A stretch of 64,000 nucleotides of DNA from Marinicella sp. (GTDB lineage Bacteria > Pseudomonadota > Gammaproteobacteria > Xanthomonadales > Marinicellaceae): NCBI GenBank assembly GCA_965230295.1, contig OZ246001.1, positions 832,001 to 896,000 of the forward strand, written 5' to 3'. Positions 1 to 10,860 of this stretch are shown here, piece by piece. The translations under genes were made by a program, and so were the position numbers. The stretch's first letter is position 1. The number at the start of each line of letters is the position of its first letter. The notes beneath the pieces are model-generated. The model was given only the letters and a program-made list of their open reading frames with translations. It searched no databases and was not told where the DNA came from.

Positions 1-1161
1 TCTGGATTATTCGAGTTTGATTATAAAGACAACACCATAAATCTCCTCTACAGGCATCCTGATGTAGATATCCAGGGTTCCATCCGGGGTAAGGACGGTG
101 AAGTCATAGGAGCAGTTTACGAGGCTGGCTATCCAGGTTATTTTTATGTCAATGATGAAGTAGCAAAAGAACAAGTTAATTTCCATAAACAACTTCGTGC
201 CAGTTTCAAAGGCCAGGAAGTTGTGGTGGGCAGTTACACACAAGACCAGACACAAACCACAGTCTATGTATATAGTGATCAAAATCCCGGTTCCTTTTAT
301 TTATTTAACCGGGAAACCAACAAGGTTGAGTTTATAGCCAGCAGGCAACCTTTGATTGATCCAGTTAAAATGGCCAAGGTAGAACCCTTTACGTTGGAAG
401 CCAGAGATGGCCTTAAAATGTATGGCCAAATGACCATTCCTCCAGGTAAGGAACTGAAAAACTTACCGATGGTGATATACCCCCATGGTGGCCCTTATGG
501 TGCTGCAGATAATTGGGGATGGGAAAACAGACCTCAACTGTTTGCCAGCCGAGGATATTTGGTGTTACAACTCAATTTCAGGGGATCAGGTGGCTACGGG
601 AAAGCATTTGAGGAATCAGGGAATACCCAATGGGGTGCTAAAATGCAAGATGACTTAACAGACGCCACTTTATGGGCTGTTAATCAGGGTTTTGCTGACA
701 AAGACAGAATTTGCATACACGGCGTTAGCTATGGGGGGTATGCAGCTATGCACGGTGTCATTCATGAGCCAGACCTCTACAAATGTACCATTCCGGATGC
801 AGGTATTTATGACATCGAACTGCAATGGAAAAAAGCCGACTCTTTCAGAGGCAACAAAAAAGCGAAAAAACTGTATTTCATGAAAATGTTTGGCACCGAT
901 GATGATGAATCAATCATCAACCCGAGATCGCCATCTGAGAATGTGGATAAAGTGAAGGCAGACATTTTGTTGGTTCACGGCTCGGAAGATGTTCGTGTCC
1001 CCATTGAAAACGCCTACTATTTGGAAAAAAAGTTAAAGGCAGCAGGCAAGCCATATAAAACCCTATATCGGAAAGACGGTCATGGTTTTCAGAAAGTACC
1101 TTACCGCATTGAGCTGTACAAGAAAATGCTTGAATTTTTAGATAAACACATTGGCAGTTAA
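1..1161 (+). CDS. S9 family (prolyl oligopeptidase / acylaminoacyl peptidase-like) serine peptidase, 5' end outside the window
   Basis: Frame 1 is open from base 1 (SGLFEFDY...). Contains HGGP, NFRGSGGYG, nucleophile GVSYGG, HGSEDVRVP (Asp) and GHGF (His). Confidence 0.92.
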   Translation, partial: SGLFEFDYKDNTINLLYRHPDVDIQGSIRGKDGEVIGAVYEAGYPGYFYVNDEVAKEQVNFHKQLRASFKGQEVVVGSYTQDQTQTTVYVYSDQNPGSFYLFNRETNKVEFIASRQPLIDPVKMAKVEPFTLEARDGLKMYGQMTIPPGKELKNLPMVIYPHGGPYGAADNWGWENRPQLFASRGYLVLQLNFRGSGGYGKAFEESGNTQWGAKMQDDLTDATLWAVNQGFADKDRICIHGVSYGGYAAMHGVIHEPDLYKCTIPDAGIYDIELQWKKADSFRGNKKAKKLYFMKMFGTDDDESIINPRSPSENVDKVKADILLVHGSEDVRVPIENAYYLEKKLKAAGKPYKTLYRKDGHGFQKVPYRIELYKKMLEFLDKHIGS

Positions 1162-1169
1162 TCATAACC

Positions 1170-1195
1170 AGCCCTGACCCAAAAGTCGGGGCTTT
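1170..1195 (+). terminator. Probable intrinsic terminator after the S9 peptidase
   Basis: Hairpin AGCCCTGAC-ccaaaa-GTCGGGGCT followed by an AT-rich tail. Confidence 0.5.
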
Positions 1196-1202
1196 AAATT
1201 TT

Positions 1203-1439
1203 ATGGAATGGTTTTTATCAATAACAGCGGGGCTGGTGGTACTGAGGTACACCTTTCATTTCTTTTTCGATGATTGGCAAGAGCTGGCTGAATGCCTCAA
1301 ACACTGGTTCACGCCAGAAGTCATCTCCATCCTGCGCGGCGAATGGGATCGCAGTTTATGGGCTGAACTGAAAATATTTGCCTGGTTATTACTGGGCATC
1401 TTGGCAAGCTATGGCAGCCATCAATTTCTGCTTGATTAA
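1203..1439 (+). CDS. Small hypothetical membrane protein (78 aa, two hydrophobic segments)
   Basis: ATG-initiated ORF filling the gap; hydrophobic N- and C-terminal helices; Trp-rich. Confidence 0.6.
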   Translation: MEWFLSITAGLVVLRYTFHFFFDDWQELAECLKHWFTPEVISILRGEWDRSLWAELKIFAWLLLGILASYGSHQFLLD

Positions 1440-1534
1440 TCCTTCAAGATCCTCCCCCTCCAACCCCAACAAACATAGACGAAACCTCAGTCGCATGAGA
1501 TAATATGGCGCTTTCATTTAACTGCTGTTAAACC

Positions 1535-3586
1535 ATGCCAACGACCGACAAGAAAGTCAGAAATATTTTCGTCACTTCAGCACTGCCCTATGCCAGTGGA
1601 TCACTGCATATTGGCCATTTTGTAGAACACAGCCAATCTGATATCTGGGCGCGCATGATGCGTTCCTTGGGGCATCATGTGAAATTCTTGTGTGCTGATG
1701 ACGCACATGGCACACCGATCATGCTCAATGCTGAAAAACAAGGCATGACTCCCGAAGCCATGGTGGATGGTATTCGCGAAGAACACTGGCGCGACCTGCA
1801 GGCTTTTGGGGTTTCCTATGATCATTACCATTCAACCCATTCACCTGAAAACAAAGAATTGGTGGAGCAGATCTATTTAAAACTGAAAGCCGCTGGCCAC
1901 ATTGACTCGAAGATTGTGGAACAATATTTCGACCCAGAAAGAGAGATGTTCTTGCCGGATCGCTTTGTCAAAGGCACTTGTCCAGTATGCAAAACCGAAG
2001 ATCAGTACAGCGATGGTTGTGAAGCTTGTGGCTCAACCTATGATCCGACAGAAATCATTAACCCCATATCAGTGGTCAGTGGCGCTACACCGGTGATGAA
2101 AGAATCCAAGCATTTATTCGTCAACTTGAAAAACTTCGAAGCCATGCTCAAACAATGGGTGGCCTCTGGTACCTTACAAGAAGAAGTCACCAATAAACTG
2201 GCAGAGTGGTTTGAAGCCGGCTTGCAGTCGTGGGACATCTCTCGTGATGCCCCTTATTTTGGTTTTGAGATTCCTGAAGAAGAAGGCAAATACTTTTATG
2301 TTTGGATGGATGCCCCGGTAGGCTATCTGGCCTGCCTGAAACACGTGTGTGATCAACAAGGTGAAGATTTTGCTCCTTGGGTTGACCCCAACACTGAACA
2401 TGAGATGTACCATTTTATTGGTAAAGACATCCTGTACTTCCACTCCTTATTTTGGCCGGCCATGCTTTATGGTGCTGGCATGAAACTACCCAATGCCGTC
2501 TATGTTCACGGTTTCTTAACCGTCAATGGTACCAAGATGAGTAAATCACGAGGTACATTCATCAAAGCGTCTACCTATCTGGAGCATTTAAACCCAGACT
2601 ATCTGCGTTATTATTTTGCCGCCAAATTATCTGATGGCTTGGTCGACATTGACCTCAACATGGAAGATTTCAGGCAACGGGTCAATTCTGACCTGGTGGG
2701 CAAAGTCGTCAACATTGCTTCGCGTTGCGCTGGTTTTATCAAGAAAAAATTCAACTCTACCCTATCAACAGAATTACACAACCCAGCCTTGTACGATGAA
2801 TTCCTCAGTCATTCAAACGACATAGCTGTCCTGTTTGAAAAGCGTAAATACAATGCCGCCATCAGACAAATCATGGCCCTGGCAGACAAAGCCAATCAAT
2901 ACATTGCTGACATGGCACCCTGGGTGGCGATCAAAGAGGATGGCAAATTGGATGAAGTCCATCAAGTGTGCTCCACCGGCATCAATCTGTTTCGGGTTTT
3001 GATGACCTGGCTGGCTCCGGTGATTCCATTCACTGCCCGCAAAGCCGAAGACTTCCTACAAGTGGATTTGAATGACTGGTATGCCATTGAGCAACCCTTA
3101 TTGGACCATGGCATCAACAAATTCAAGCCCTTGATCAGTCGCATTGAGCCGGAAACCCTGGAAGCCATCATTGAACAAAGCAAAGAAGATTTAGAAGCCT
3201 CCAAACAAGTGGTAAAAGCCAATGAGTCCAATGGACAACTGGCCGGCGATCCCATCAGTGCTGAAATTGATTTCAACGCCTTCGCCCAAGTGGACTTGAG
3301 GGTGGTCAAAATTGTTGATGCCCAACATGTTGAAAAAGCCGATAAGTTATTACAACTGACCCTGGATTTGGGCGGGGAAACCCGCAACGTTTTTGCAGGT
3401 ATCAAAGCGGCTTATCAACCCGAAGACCTGATCGGCAAGCACACCGTGATGGTGGCCAATCTGGCTCCACGCAAAATGCGCTTTGGAGTTTCTGAAGGCA
3501 TGGTATTGGCTGCCGGACCAGGAGGTGAAGAGATCTTCATCCTGGAACCCGATGATGGGGCACAACCTGGCATGCGGGTGAAATAA
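1535..3586 (+). CDS. metG: Methionine--tRNA ligase with C-terminal tRNA-binding domain
   Basis: [13 protein letters not shown] (HIGH), KMSKS, Zn knuckles CPVC/CEAC, C-terminal domain with [15 protein letters not shown]. Confidence 0.98.
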   Translation: MPTTDKKVRNIFVTSALPYASGSLHIGHFVEHSQSDIWARMMRSLGHHVKFLCADDAHGTPIMLNAEKQGMTPEAMVDGIREEHWRDLQAFGVSYDHYHSTHSPENKELVEQIYLKLKAAGHIDSKIVEQYFDPEREMFLPDRFVKGTCPVCKTEDQYSDGCEACGSTYDPTEIINPISVVSGATPVMKESKHLFVNLKNFEAMLKQWVASGTLQEEVTNKLAEWFEAGLQSWDISRDAPYFGFEIPEEEGKYFYVWMDAPVGYLACLKHVCDQQGEDFAPWVDPNTEHEMYHFIGKDILYFHSLFWPAMLYGAGMKLPNAVYVHGFLTVNGTKMSKSRGTFIKASTYLEHLNPDYLRYYFAAKLSDGLVDIDLNMEDFRQRVNSDLVGKVVNIASRCAGFIKKKFNSTLSTELHNPALYDEFLSHSNDIAVLFEKRKYNAAIRQIMALADKANQYIADMAPWVAIKEDGKLDEVHQVCSTGINLFRVLMTWLAPVIPFTARKAEDFLQVDLNDWYAIEQPLLDHGINKFKPLISRIEPETLEAIIEQSKEDLEASKQVVKANESNGQLAGDPISAEIDFNAFAQVDLRVVKIVDAQHVEKADKLLQLTLDLGGETRNVFAGIKAAYQPEDLIGKHTVMVANLAPRKMRFGVSEGMVLAAGPGGEEIFILEPDDGAQPGMRVK

Positions 3587-3593
3587 TTCTGAC

Positions 3594-4175
3594 ATGAGTG
3601 AAATTTTCCTCATTTTTATCGGCGCGGCCTTCGTTAACAACTTTGTGTTGGTTAGGTTTTTAGGGTTGTGTCCGTTTATGGGGGTATCCACTCAATACAA
3701 ATCTGCCATGGGTATGAGCTTTGCCACGGCCTTTGTGTTAACCATGTCTTCCATTGCCAGTTATCTGGTGAATGAATACCTGCTGGTGCCATTGGGGCTG
3801 GAGTATTTGAAAACACTCAGCTTCATCTTGGTCATAGCAGTGACCGTTCAAGTGACTGAAATGATTTTACACAAATCATCTCCTTTGCTGTACCAGGTCT
3901 TGGGGCTGTTTTTGCCATTGATCACCACCAATTGTGCGGTCTTGGGCGTGGCTTTATTGAATGTACAAAAACAAAACAGTTTGATTGAATCTGCTTTCTT
4001 TGGCTTTGGTGCGGCTTTTGGTTTTGGTCTGGTACTGGTGTTGTTCTCTGCCATAAGAGAACGGTTAGAAATGGCCAATGTACCCAACTCATTCCGGGGG
4101 CTGCCGATCGCCTTGATGACAGCAGGCATCATGTCTTTGGCCTTCATGGGATTTTCCGGGATGACCAACACATGA
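3594..4175 (+). CDS. rsxA: Rnf/Rsx electron transport complex subunit A
   Basis: [18 protein letters not shown] and [12 protein letters not shown] motifs; first gene of the cluster. Confidence 0.96.
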   Translation: MSEIFLIFIGAAFVNNFVLVRFLGLCPFMGVSTQYKSAMGMSFATAFVLTMSSIASYLVNEYLLVPLGLEYLKTLSFILVIAVTVQVTEMILHKSSPLLYQVLGLFLPLITTNCAVLGVALLNVQKQNSLIESAFFGFGAAFGFGLVLVLFSAIRERLEMANVPNSFRGLPIALMTAGIMSLAFMGFSGMTNT

Positions 4176-4771
4176 GTGTTGAAACCACCAATTGGCTGTT
4201 GGCATTAGCTGGGATGGTGGCCTTGGCCACTGTTTTTGGGGTTTTGATTGTTTGGGTGGCACAAAAGTTTAAAGTTGAAGGCAACCCAATTGTCGAACAA
4301 ATCAATGCCATCTTGCCCCAAACCCAATGCGGTCAATGCAACTACCCAGGGTGCAAACCCTATGCTGAGGCCATAGCCAGTGGCGAAGCACCAATCAATC
4401 AATGTCCACCAGGTGGTCAGGAAGGGATCAAAAAGCTGGCCGATTTATTGGATGTTGAGGTATTGGAGTTGAACCCGGAAAACGGCGCCGAAGTCGAAGA
4501 CCAGGTGGTAGAAATCGTTGAACCGGATTGCATCGGATGTACCAAATGCATACAAGTTTGTCCTGTTGACGCCATTGTGGGTGCCGCCAAACAAATGCAC
4601 ACCGTCATATTGGATGAATGCACCGGATGCGATTTATGCATCCCTGCCTGCCCGGTGGATTGCATCATCAAAATACCAGCTCCGGTGCCGGCAAAAATTG
4701 TTCGCTCAACAAAACCCGATTTATACCAAGTGATTGAACAGGCCCAAGCCTTCACTCAGGAGCCTTCATAA
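4172..4771 (+). CDS. rsxB: Rnf/Rsx subunit B (Fe-S)
   Basis: [14 protein letters not shown] plus two CxxCxxCxxxCP ferredoxin motifs. Confidence 0.96.
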   Translation: MSVETTNWLLALAGMVALATVFGVLIVWVAQKFKVEGNPIVEQINAILPQTQCGQCNYPGCKPYAEAIASGEAPINQCPPGGQEGIKKLADLLDVEVLELNPENGAEVEDQVVEIVEPDCIGCTKCIQVCPVDAIVGAAKQMHTVILDECTGCDLCIPACPVDCIIKIPAPVPAKIVRSTKPDLYQVIEQAQAFTQEPS

Positions 4772-6300
4772 TGACAGAACGCCTGTCACATTTTCATGGT
4801 GGTTTGGTATTGAGACACCACAAAAAAATGTCATGCGATCATGAAATGCGCATGGCGGGTTTGCCTGACCAATTGGTGATCACACTGAAGTCCAACCGAG
4901 GACATAGACCTGAGCCTGTGGTTGGTAAGGGCGATCACGTCTTGAAAGGTCAGGTGATTGCTCAAGCTGAACACCCAGACGGTTCATATGTGCATGCGCC
5001 CACCTCTGGAACCATTGGTGATTTTACCCAGACTGCCACTGCCGGGCCTGATGCTGTTCATGCACCCGGTGTCACACTGATTCCGGATGGCCATGATCAA
5101 TGGCTAAAACAACCGGAAATGGAAAAACCATCAACCCGAAAAGAAATCATTGCTCGCATCAGAGCCGCTGGCATCATTGGGTTGGGCGGAGCCGGGTTTC
5201 CTACCCACAGTAAGTACCATGGAAATAGCAGCCAAGCCACCACCTTGATCATCAATGGAGCTGAATGCGAGCCTTATATTTCATGCGACGAAAGATTGAT
5301 GCTGGATCACCCGGCAGACATTGTCAGTGGTACCCAATGGTTGATGCAGGCAGCAGCGGCAGAATATGCCATCATTGCATTAGAAGACAATGTGGGTGGT
5401 GTCAAGCAACAAATGGAGGCCGCCATTAAGGCACAACAACTGAGTCACATCTCAGTCGTCAAAGTACCCACCATTTACCCCACAGGTGGTGAAAAACAAT
5501 TGATCAAGGTATTGACCGGACTGGAAGTTCCGAGTGGACAAACGCCGATGTCCTTGGGTCTGATCATGCAAAATGTGGCCACAGCCAAAGCAGTTCATGA
5601 CGCCATTGAGCTCAACCGGCCACTGCTAGAACGGGTGGTCACTGTTACGGGCGACTGTGTGGCCAATCCGGGAAACTATTTGGCACTCATAGGCACACCG
5701 TTTGAACACCTACTGAAACTGGCCAATTGTGACATGTCACAGTTGAATAAACTGATCATTGGAGGACCCATGATGGGTTACGCCATGCCACATGCCGACA
5801 TCGGCATTGAAAAAACCACCAATTGTTTGTTGGCACTGCCAGCGGAAAGTACCAAACCAGAAATTGACCCCATGCCCTGTATCCGGTGTGGAGACTGCGT
5901 CAAAGTTTGTCCGCAGGAATTATTACCCCAACAATTACTCTGGTACATCAATGGCAATGGCCAAACCAATGATCTAGAGAAAGCCAGAGAGCACCATGTG
6001 TTTGATTGCATTGAATGCGGTGCCTGTTCCTGGGTTTGTCCCAGTCACATCAACCTGGTTGATTTTTACCGCTTTGCCAAATCGGAAATCACCTACCTGG
6101 ATCACAAAAAGGCCAAAGCCAATGCCGCCAAAAACAGGTTTGATGATCGTGAAGCCCGGTTGGCACGCATCAAAGCTGAGCGACAAGCCAAACGGCGGCA
6201 AAAAACTTCAAAGTTAACTGACAAGACAAAAGCCAAAAAAGAAATATCTGCCGTCTTGGAACGGATCAAACAACAATCCAGGGAAACCAGCAATGAATAA
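4771..6300 (+). CDS. rsxC: Rnf/Rsx subunit C
   Basis: GLGGAGFPT, NGAECEPYISCD, GGPMMG, CIRCGDC and CIECGAC; short C-terminus. Confidence 0.96.
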   Translation: MTERLSHFHGGLVLRHHKKMSCDHEMRMAGLPDQLVITLKSNRGHRPEPVVGKGDHVLKGQVIAQAEHPDGSYVHAPTSGTIGDFTQTATAGPDAVHAPGVTLIPDGHDQWLKQPEMEKPSTRKEIIARIRAAGIIGLGGAGFPTHSKYHGNSSQATTLIINGAECEPYISCDERLMLDHPADIVSGTQWLMQAAAAEYAIIALEDNVGGVKQQMEAAIKAQQLSHISVVKVPTIYPTGGEKQLIKVLTGLEVPSGQTPMSLGLIMQNVATAKAVHDAIELNRPLLERVVTVTGDCVANPGNYLALIGTPFEHLLKLANCDMSQLNKLIIGGPMMGYAMPHADIGIEKTTNCLLALPAESTKPEIDPMPCIRCGDCVKVCPQELLPQQLLWYINGNGQTNDLEKAREHHVFDCIECGACSWVCPSHINLVDFYRFAKSEITYLDHKKAKANAAKNRFDDREARLARIKAERQAKRRQKTSKLTDKTKAKKEISAVLERIKQQSRETSNE

Positions 6301-7342
6301 GGGACTCAACACCAGCAGTGCTCCACACATCCCGGCCCGCATCAGTGTCAGGCAAGTTATGTTGTGGGTTTGTATCACGCTGGTTCCTGCGACCCTGGCA
6401 CATATGTATTATTTCGGCCCGGGTATTCTGATCCAATTGCTGCTGGCAACTGGCAGTGCCTATTTGTTTGAGTTGTGGTGTTTGAAGTGGCGGAAACAGC
6501 CCATGAAGCCCTTTATGACCGACCTCAGTGCTTTGGTTACAGCGTGGTTGTTTGTGTTGTGTATTTCCCCGATTGCCCCCTGGTATGTGCCCGTGGTTGG
6601 CATGTTTTTTGCCATTGTGGTGGCCAAACACCTTTATGGCGGCTTGGGCAACAACATCTTTAATCCGGCCATGGTTGGTTTTGCAGTCATACTGATTGCC
6701 TTTCCGCAGTCGATGTCACTGTGGTTACCACCTGGTGGTTTGATGGATCACATGCATGTCAGCCAATCCTTATCCATCGCTGAATTATTCGAGTGGGTGT
6801 TTATTGGCCATGCAGTTGAAGCTGTGGATGCAGTCACTGCAGCCACCCCATTGTCATCAGTACAAACTGGCTTACAACAAGGCTACAGCTTGAGTGAGAT
6901 CACTGAACAGTCCATTTTTGGCGATTTTGGTGGGCAAGGTTGGGAGTGGATTGCCAATTGGTTGTTTTTGGGTGGCGTGGTGTTGCTCTACAAACGCATC
7001 ATCACCTGGCATGTTCCTGCTGCTGTTTTATTGACCACCATTGCAGCAGCCACACCGTTCTATCTATTCAATGGTGATATGTACATGTCTCCCCAGCAGC
7101 ACTTGTTTTCAGGCGGCACCATGTTAGCGGCTTTTTTCATTGCCACTGACCCCACATCAGGGTGCTCAAGCAACCGCGGCAAGATCATTTTTGGTGCAGG
7201 TGTGGCCATTCTGACTGTATTGATCAGAAATTTTGGCGCCTTTCCTGACGGTGTGGCATTTGCCGTGTTGTTAATGAACATGTCTGCGCCTTTGATAGAC
7301 CGCCTCACCATTCCAAACCCATATGGTAAAAAAGGTCAGTGA
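6293..7342 (+). CDS. rsxD: Rnf/Rsx subunit D
   Basis: YGGLGNNIFNPAMVG, FMN-attachment TAATPL, AFFIATDP. Confidence 0.96.
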   Translation: MNKGLNTSSAPHIPARISVRQVMLWVCITLVPATLAHMYYFGPGILIQLLLATGSAYLFELWCLKWRKQPMKPFMTDLSALVTAWLFVLCISPIAPWYVPVVGMFFAIVVAKHLYGGLGNNIFNPAMVGFAVILIAFPQSMSLWLPPGGLMDHMHVSQSLSIAELFEWVFIGHAVEAVDAVTAATPLSSVQTGLQQGYSLSEITEQSIFGDFGGQGWEWIANWLFLGGVVLLYKRIITWHVPAAVLLTTIAAATPFYLFNGDMYMSPQQHLFSGGTMLAAFFIATDPTSGCSSNRGKIIFGAGVAILTVLIRNFGAFPDGVAFAVLLMNMSAPLIDRLTIPNPYGKKGQ

Positions 7343-7971
7343 AGATGTCTGTTGAGAATAAAAAACCTTGGATCTTGCCTGTCATCTTAGCCGCCATGAC
7401 CTTATTGACCAGCGCTTTGTTGATGTTCAGTCACCATTTAACTGCCGATAAAATTGCAGAACAGAAACTGCAGGCAAAACTGGCTTCACTGACGCGTTTA
7501 TTTCCCAAGGGGATATCCGATAACAACCTGATCGAAGATGCCATTGACTTGTTTGAACCCGATAAATTAGGACACCGACAAACAGAACAACTTTACCTGG
7601 GCACCAAAGGCGGTGTGCTGAGTGCTGTGGCCATTCCGGTCACAGCCCAAAATGGATATTCAGGTGACATCGAATTGTTGGTCGGGGTTGACATCAATGG
7701 CCAAATCACAGCCGTTGAAATCCTTGCCCACAAAGAAACACCTGGCTTGGGTGACCTGATAGAAAGCAACAAAAGTGACTGGTTGTTACAATTTCCAGGC
7801 ACTTCGTTATCTCAGCCACATGCATCCGAATGGGCTGTCAAAAAAGACCAAGGACATTTCGACCAAATCACTGCAGCAACCATCACTCCCAGGGCCGTGG
7901 TGGGCGCACTGAAGAAAGCCTTGATTTACCATCAAGAATTCATACAACTGAGGACACCAAATCATGAGTGA
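7339..7971 (+). CDS. rsxG: Rnf/Rsx subunit G
   Basis: GYSGDI, HKETPGLGD, DQITAATIT FMN-binding motif. Confidence 0.95.
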   Translation: MKMSVENKKPWILPVILAAMTLLTSALLMFSHHLTADKIAEQKLQAKLASLTRLFPKGISDNNLIEDAIDLFEPDKLGHRQTEQLYLGTKGGVLSAVAIPVTAQNGYSGDIELLVGVDINGQITAVEILAHKETPGLGDLIESNKSDWLLQFPGTSLSQPHASEWAVKKDQGHFDQITAATITPRAVVGALKKALIYHQEFIQLRTPNHE

Positions 7972-8623
7972 ATTCATTAGAAATCGTTTGTTAGATAACA
8001 ACGCAGCCTTGGTACAAATGCTTGGTTTATGTCCTTTGTTAGCCGTCTCAAACACGGCCATCAATGCCATGGGCATGGGCACTGCCACCATCTGTGTGGT
8101 TGTGGTCACCAATTTATTGGTCTCACTGATCCGCCCCATCACCAGGAAAGAAATCAGGATACCACTTTTTGTGTTGCTCATAGCCAGTGTGGTGACCACC
8201 CTGGAAATGATGATGAATGCCTTCTTTCACGAACTGTATTTAACCTTAGGTATTTTCATTCCATTGATTGTAACCAACTGTTTGATCATGGCCAGGGCGG
8301 AAGCGTTCGCCTCAAAGAATGATTGGTGGCTGTCTGTCAAAGATGGTTTTTTTGTGGGATTGGGTTTTGCCCTGGTGATGTTGGCCATCGGCATCATGCG
8401 TGAGGTCACCGGACAAGGTACATTATTTAGCCATGCACACCTGTTGTTTGGTGAATGGGGGCATCACTTGGAATTAACACTGATTCCTGATTATGATGGA
8501 TTTTTGATTGCTATACTACCCCCAGGTGCCTTCTTTGCCTTGGGCCTATTGGTGGCGATTAAAAATAAAAGAGACGCAAAAATAGCTGCAGTTCAAGAGT
8601 CTGCTGTTAACAATCATGGATGA
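7964..8623 (+). CDS. rsxE: Rnf/Rsx subunit E
   Basis: LGLCPLLAVS, IFIPLIVTNC, LPPGAF. Confidence 0.96.
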   Translation: MSEFIRNRLLDNNAALVQMLGLCPLLAVSNTAINAMGMGTATICVVVVTNLLVSLIRPITRKEIRIPLFVLLIASVVTTLEMMMNAFFHELYLTLGIFIPLIVTNCLIMARAEAFASKNDWWLSVKDGFFVGLGFALVMLAIGIMREVTGQGTLFSHAHLLFGEWGHHLELTLIPDYDGFLIAILPPGAFFALGLLVAIKNKRDAKIAAVQESAVNNHG

Positions 8624-8939
8624 AACCAAAAGCTACCACTTATATATCTTACTGTGTGACAACAAGGTCTTATATACAGGCATCGCTATAGATCCTCATG
8701 CCAGACTATTACAACATCGGCAAGGAGCGCCTTATGGAGCCAAGTTCACCCGCAAATTCAAACAATTAGAGATCGCCTATCAAGTCGAAGTCGGTGATAA
8801 AGTTTTGGCTCACCAATTGGAATACCGAGTCAAGCAGCTAAACCGAAAACAGAAGTTACAAATCATCACTGACCAAATGAACATCATTGAGATATACTCA
8901 ATGGTTGGAATCAAAATACCTTCAGCAAGCCATGAATGA
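8616..8939 (+). CDS. GIY-YIG nuclease family protein (UPF0213/YhbQ-like)
   Basis: YHLYILLC...LYTGI...RLLQH...GAKFTR...EYRVKQL; overlaps the rsxE stop by 8 nt. Confidence 0.88.
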   Translation: MDETKSYHLYILLCDNKVLYTGIAIDPHARLLQHRQGAPYGAKFTRKFKQLEIAYQVEVGDKVLAHQLEYRVKQLNRKQKLQIITDQMNIIEIYSMVGIKIPSASHE

Positions 8940-8947
8940 AATCAATG

Positions 8948-9289
8948 TCAGGAATTGAATTCTGCATGATCTACGATGTTGTTGACGATTTTATTCAAAT
9001 CAAAATCATCATTGTAAACATCCACAACTATCACCAAATGAGTCACCGATTCTGAATGGTTAGTGATCAGGGAATCAACCAAAATTTCATCATCTTCCAA
9101 AATCAATCGGTTGTTACCTAAATATTCGAATGCTTCAAAAGTGATGTCTTTTGTTTGATCGGGTTTCGATTGGGATGAAAACAAAAATGCCGACCATTGA
9201 GAAGAATTAAAATAGCGCTTTTTGAACCGCTCAGTCCCTATGTTGAGGCTCGTTTCTATTTTGATGCTGTTGCCAACGACTACATTCAT
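8948..9289 (-). CDS. Hypothetical protein (113 aa, acidic C-terminal half)
   Basis: ATG preceded by an AAGGGA-like RBS; fills the gap between convergent genes; no recognisable motif. Confidence 0.6.
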   Translation of the reverse strand: MNVVVGNSIKIETSLNIGTERFKKRYFNSSQWSAFLFSSQSKPDQTKDITFEAFEYLGNNRLILEDDEILVDSLITNHSESVTHLVIVVDVYNDDFDLNKIVNNIVDHAEFNS

Positions 9290-9369
9290 AATCCCTTAAT
9301 GATAGCCAAAAAACAAACACCTAAATTAAAAACAATGTAAATTATAGTTTCTTGCTGATGTTGCTCAGT

Positions 9370-10791
9370 TCAATAACCCATTGAGATGCGTTGTCGTATT
9401 TTGGCCTTTGGCGCTGTGTTATTGAATTTGATCCCACCGTAATAACTGTGTTTGATACCCAGATCTAATAACAAATCATCGTATTCAGGATAGCGCATGC
9501 GTTTCACTTCTTGTTCATATAAATTTGTAAAAACTTTTGTTTGGGTGATTCTGTCCAGCTCTGAGAACAAAGATTTCGCCGACCAACTTTTTCCAGTATC
9601 CAGGCAACAGTCTTGTAAACCCGACAATGCTTTAGATAAATTCATCTCGCCATTGGTTTGCTGTTGTAAGGCCACATCCGCTTTAAGCGCTATCACCGCA
9701 CCACCCCAATACATCTGCATGTTATTCCTCCGCCCGGCTTGTTTGAGCTTCGGTGCCGACCTTTGATTGGCAGATTTCCTGCCCCGTTCAAAACCTGCAA
9801 TCAGCTTACTCCATGCCGTGGATTCATCCAGCAAGCCACCACGTAAACGGCTGATGTTTTGGTGGTAACTGGCAAAACCCTCAGACAACCAACGGTCATT
9901 TGGGGTGTATGGCATCAATAAGTGGCTGAACTCGTGCGCTGCTGTCCAGTCACTGAACAGTTTCTGTTTGTTTTGTGTGGGATTAACCACCAACAAGACA
10001 CCTTGCCCACCGGCTCGATTGACCTGCCCCCAGGGCACAGGCCCTCCAGACCCTGTCATCATGACCACCAAAACCTGAATGTCTTTAAGAGGAAATGTTT
10101 CTCCCACTTGGGCCACTGTTCCTGCCATTTGGGTGATCCACTCTTCGATCAGGTTATTTTTATGCCGGTTTTGACCAAACATGATGGCCAACCTCAATCG
10201 CGCATCACCCAGTTGAATAGGCCTCACATCCATTGGGCCAATGGCTAAAAATCCATTGGCATATTTTGGGGTGGGTTTGATCTGATAAGTGGTTTGATTC
10301 TGGGTTCTTTCAATTAATTGCCAGGGTGCTGACACTTGAATGTGTTCACCGTGGTTGATGGTGATTTTGGGCAATGGCCTGGATTTGTGGTCATTGGCTT
10401 GCCACATCCAATCGTCTACTGACAACAACAAGCTATTGGGGTGTTGTTTTTTGAAACGGCTGGATCGCCTGTTATTGGTATCGACTTGGGGTTCAATGGT
10501 GTACCTCAGGCAACCTGAAGCGCCTTCAGGTAATGAAGCATAACCTCGGGAAAATCTGATTGGCTTATGCTGCCAGCTTAATTCTTTGGTGGCCGCAGTT
10601 GTGCTGTCATCAGTGGCATATACATACGAAGGAGCCTGAGCGAAACACTGTTTCACGCGTAATGTTTTTTGTGTAGATTGGTATTCGACATTGATATCAG
10701 CAATGGCAAAAGACGCTAAAGATGTGCTGAACAACAGCAGAACTAACAGGTAAGGCTTTGAGCTAACATTCATAGATTTGATCCAGTTCAC
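9370..10791 (-). CDS. Secreted gluzincin zinc metallopeptidase (M61/M1-like)
   Basis: Signal peptide (SLASFA|IA); HEFSH...WLSEGFASY (HExxH plus downstream Glu); MYWGGA. Confidence 0.8.
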   Translation of the reverse strand: MNWIKSMNVSSKPYLLVLLLFSTSLASFAIADINVEYQSTQKTLRVKQCFAQAPSYVYATDDSTTAATKELSWQHKPIRFSRGYASLPEGASGCLRYTIEPQVDTNNRRSSRFKKQHPNSLLLSVDDWMWQANDHKSRPLPKITINHGEHIQVSAPWQLIERTQNQTTYQIKPTPKYANGFLAIGPMDVRPIQLGDARLRLAIMFGQNRHKNNLIEEWITQMAGTVAQVGETFPLKDIQVLVVMMTGSGGPVPWGQVNRAGGQGVLLVVNPTQNKQKLFSDWTAAHEFSHLLMPYTPNDRWLSEGFASYHQNISRLRGGLLDESTAWSKLIAGFERGRKSANQRSAPKLKQAGRRNNMQMYWGGAVIALKADVALQQQTNGEMNLSKALSGLQDCCLDTGKSWSAKSLFSELDRITQTKVFTNLYEQEVKRMRYPEYDDLLLDLGIKHSYYGGIKFNNTAPKAKIRQRISMGY

Positions 10792-10860
10792 CGCCCCTAA
10801 CGATTACTGAGACCATCTTACCCAAAATAAATTCAAATTGATGTGAATTTTTTCCCTGAT

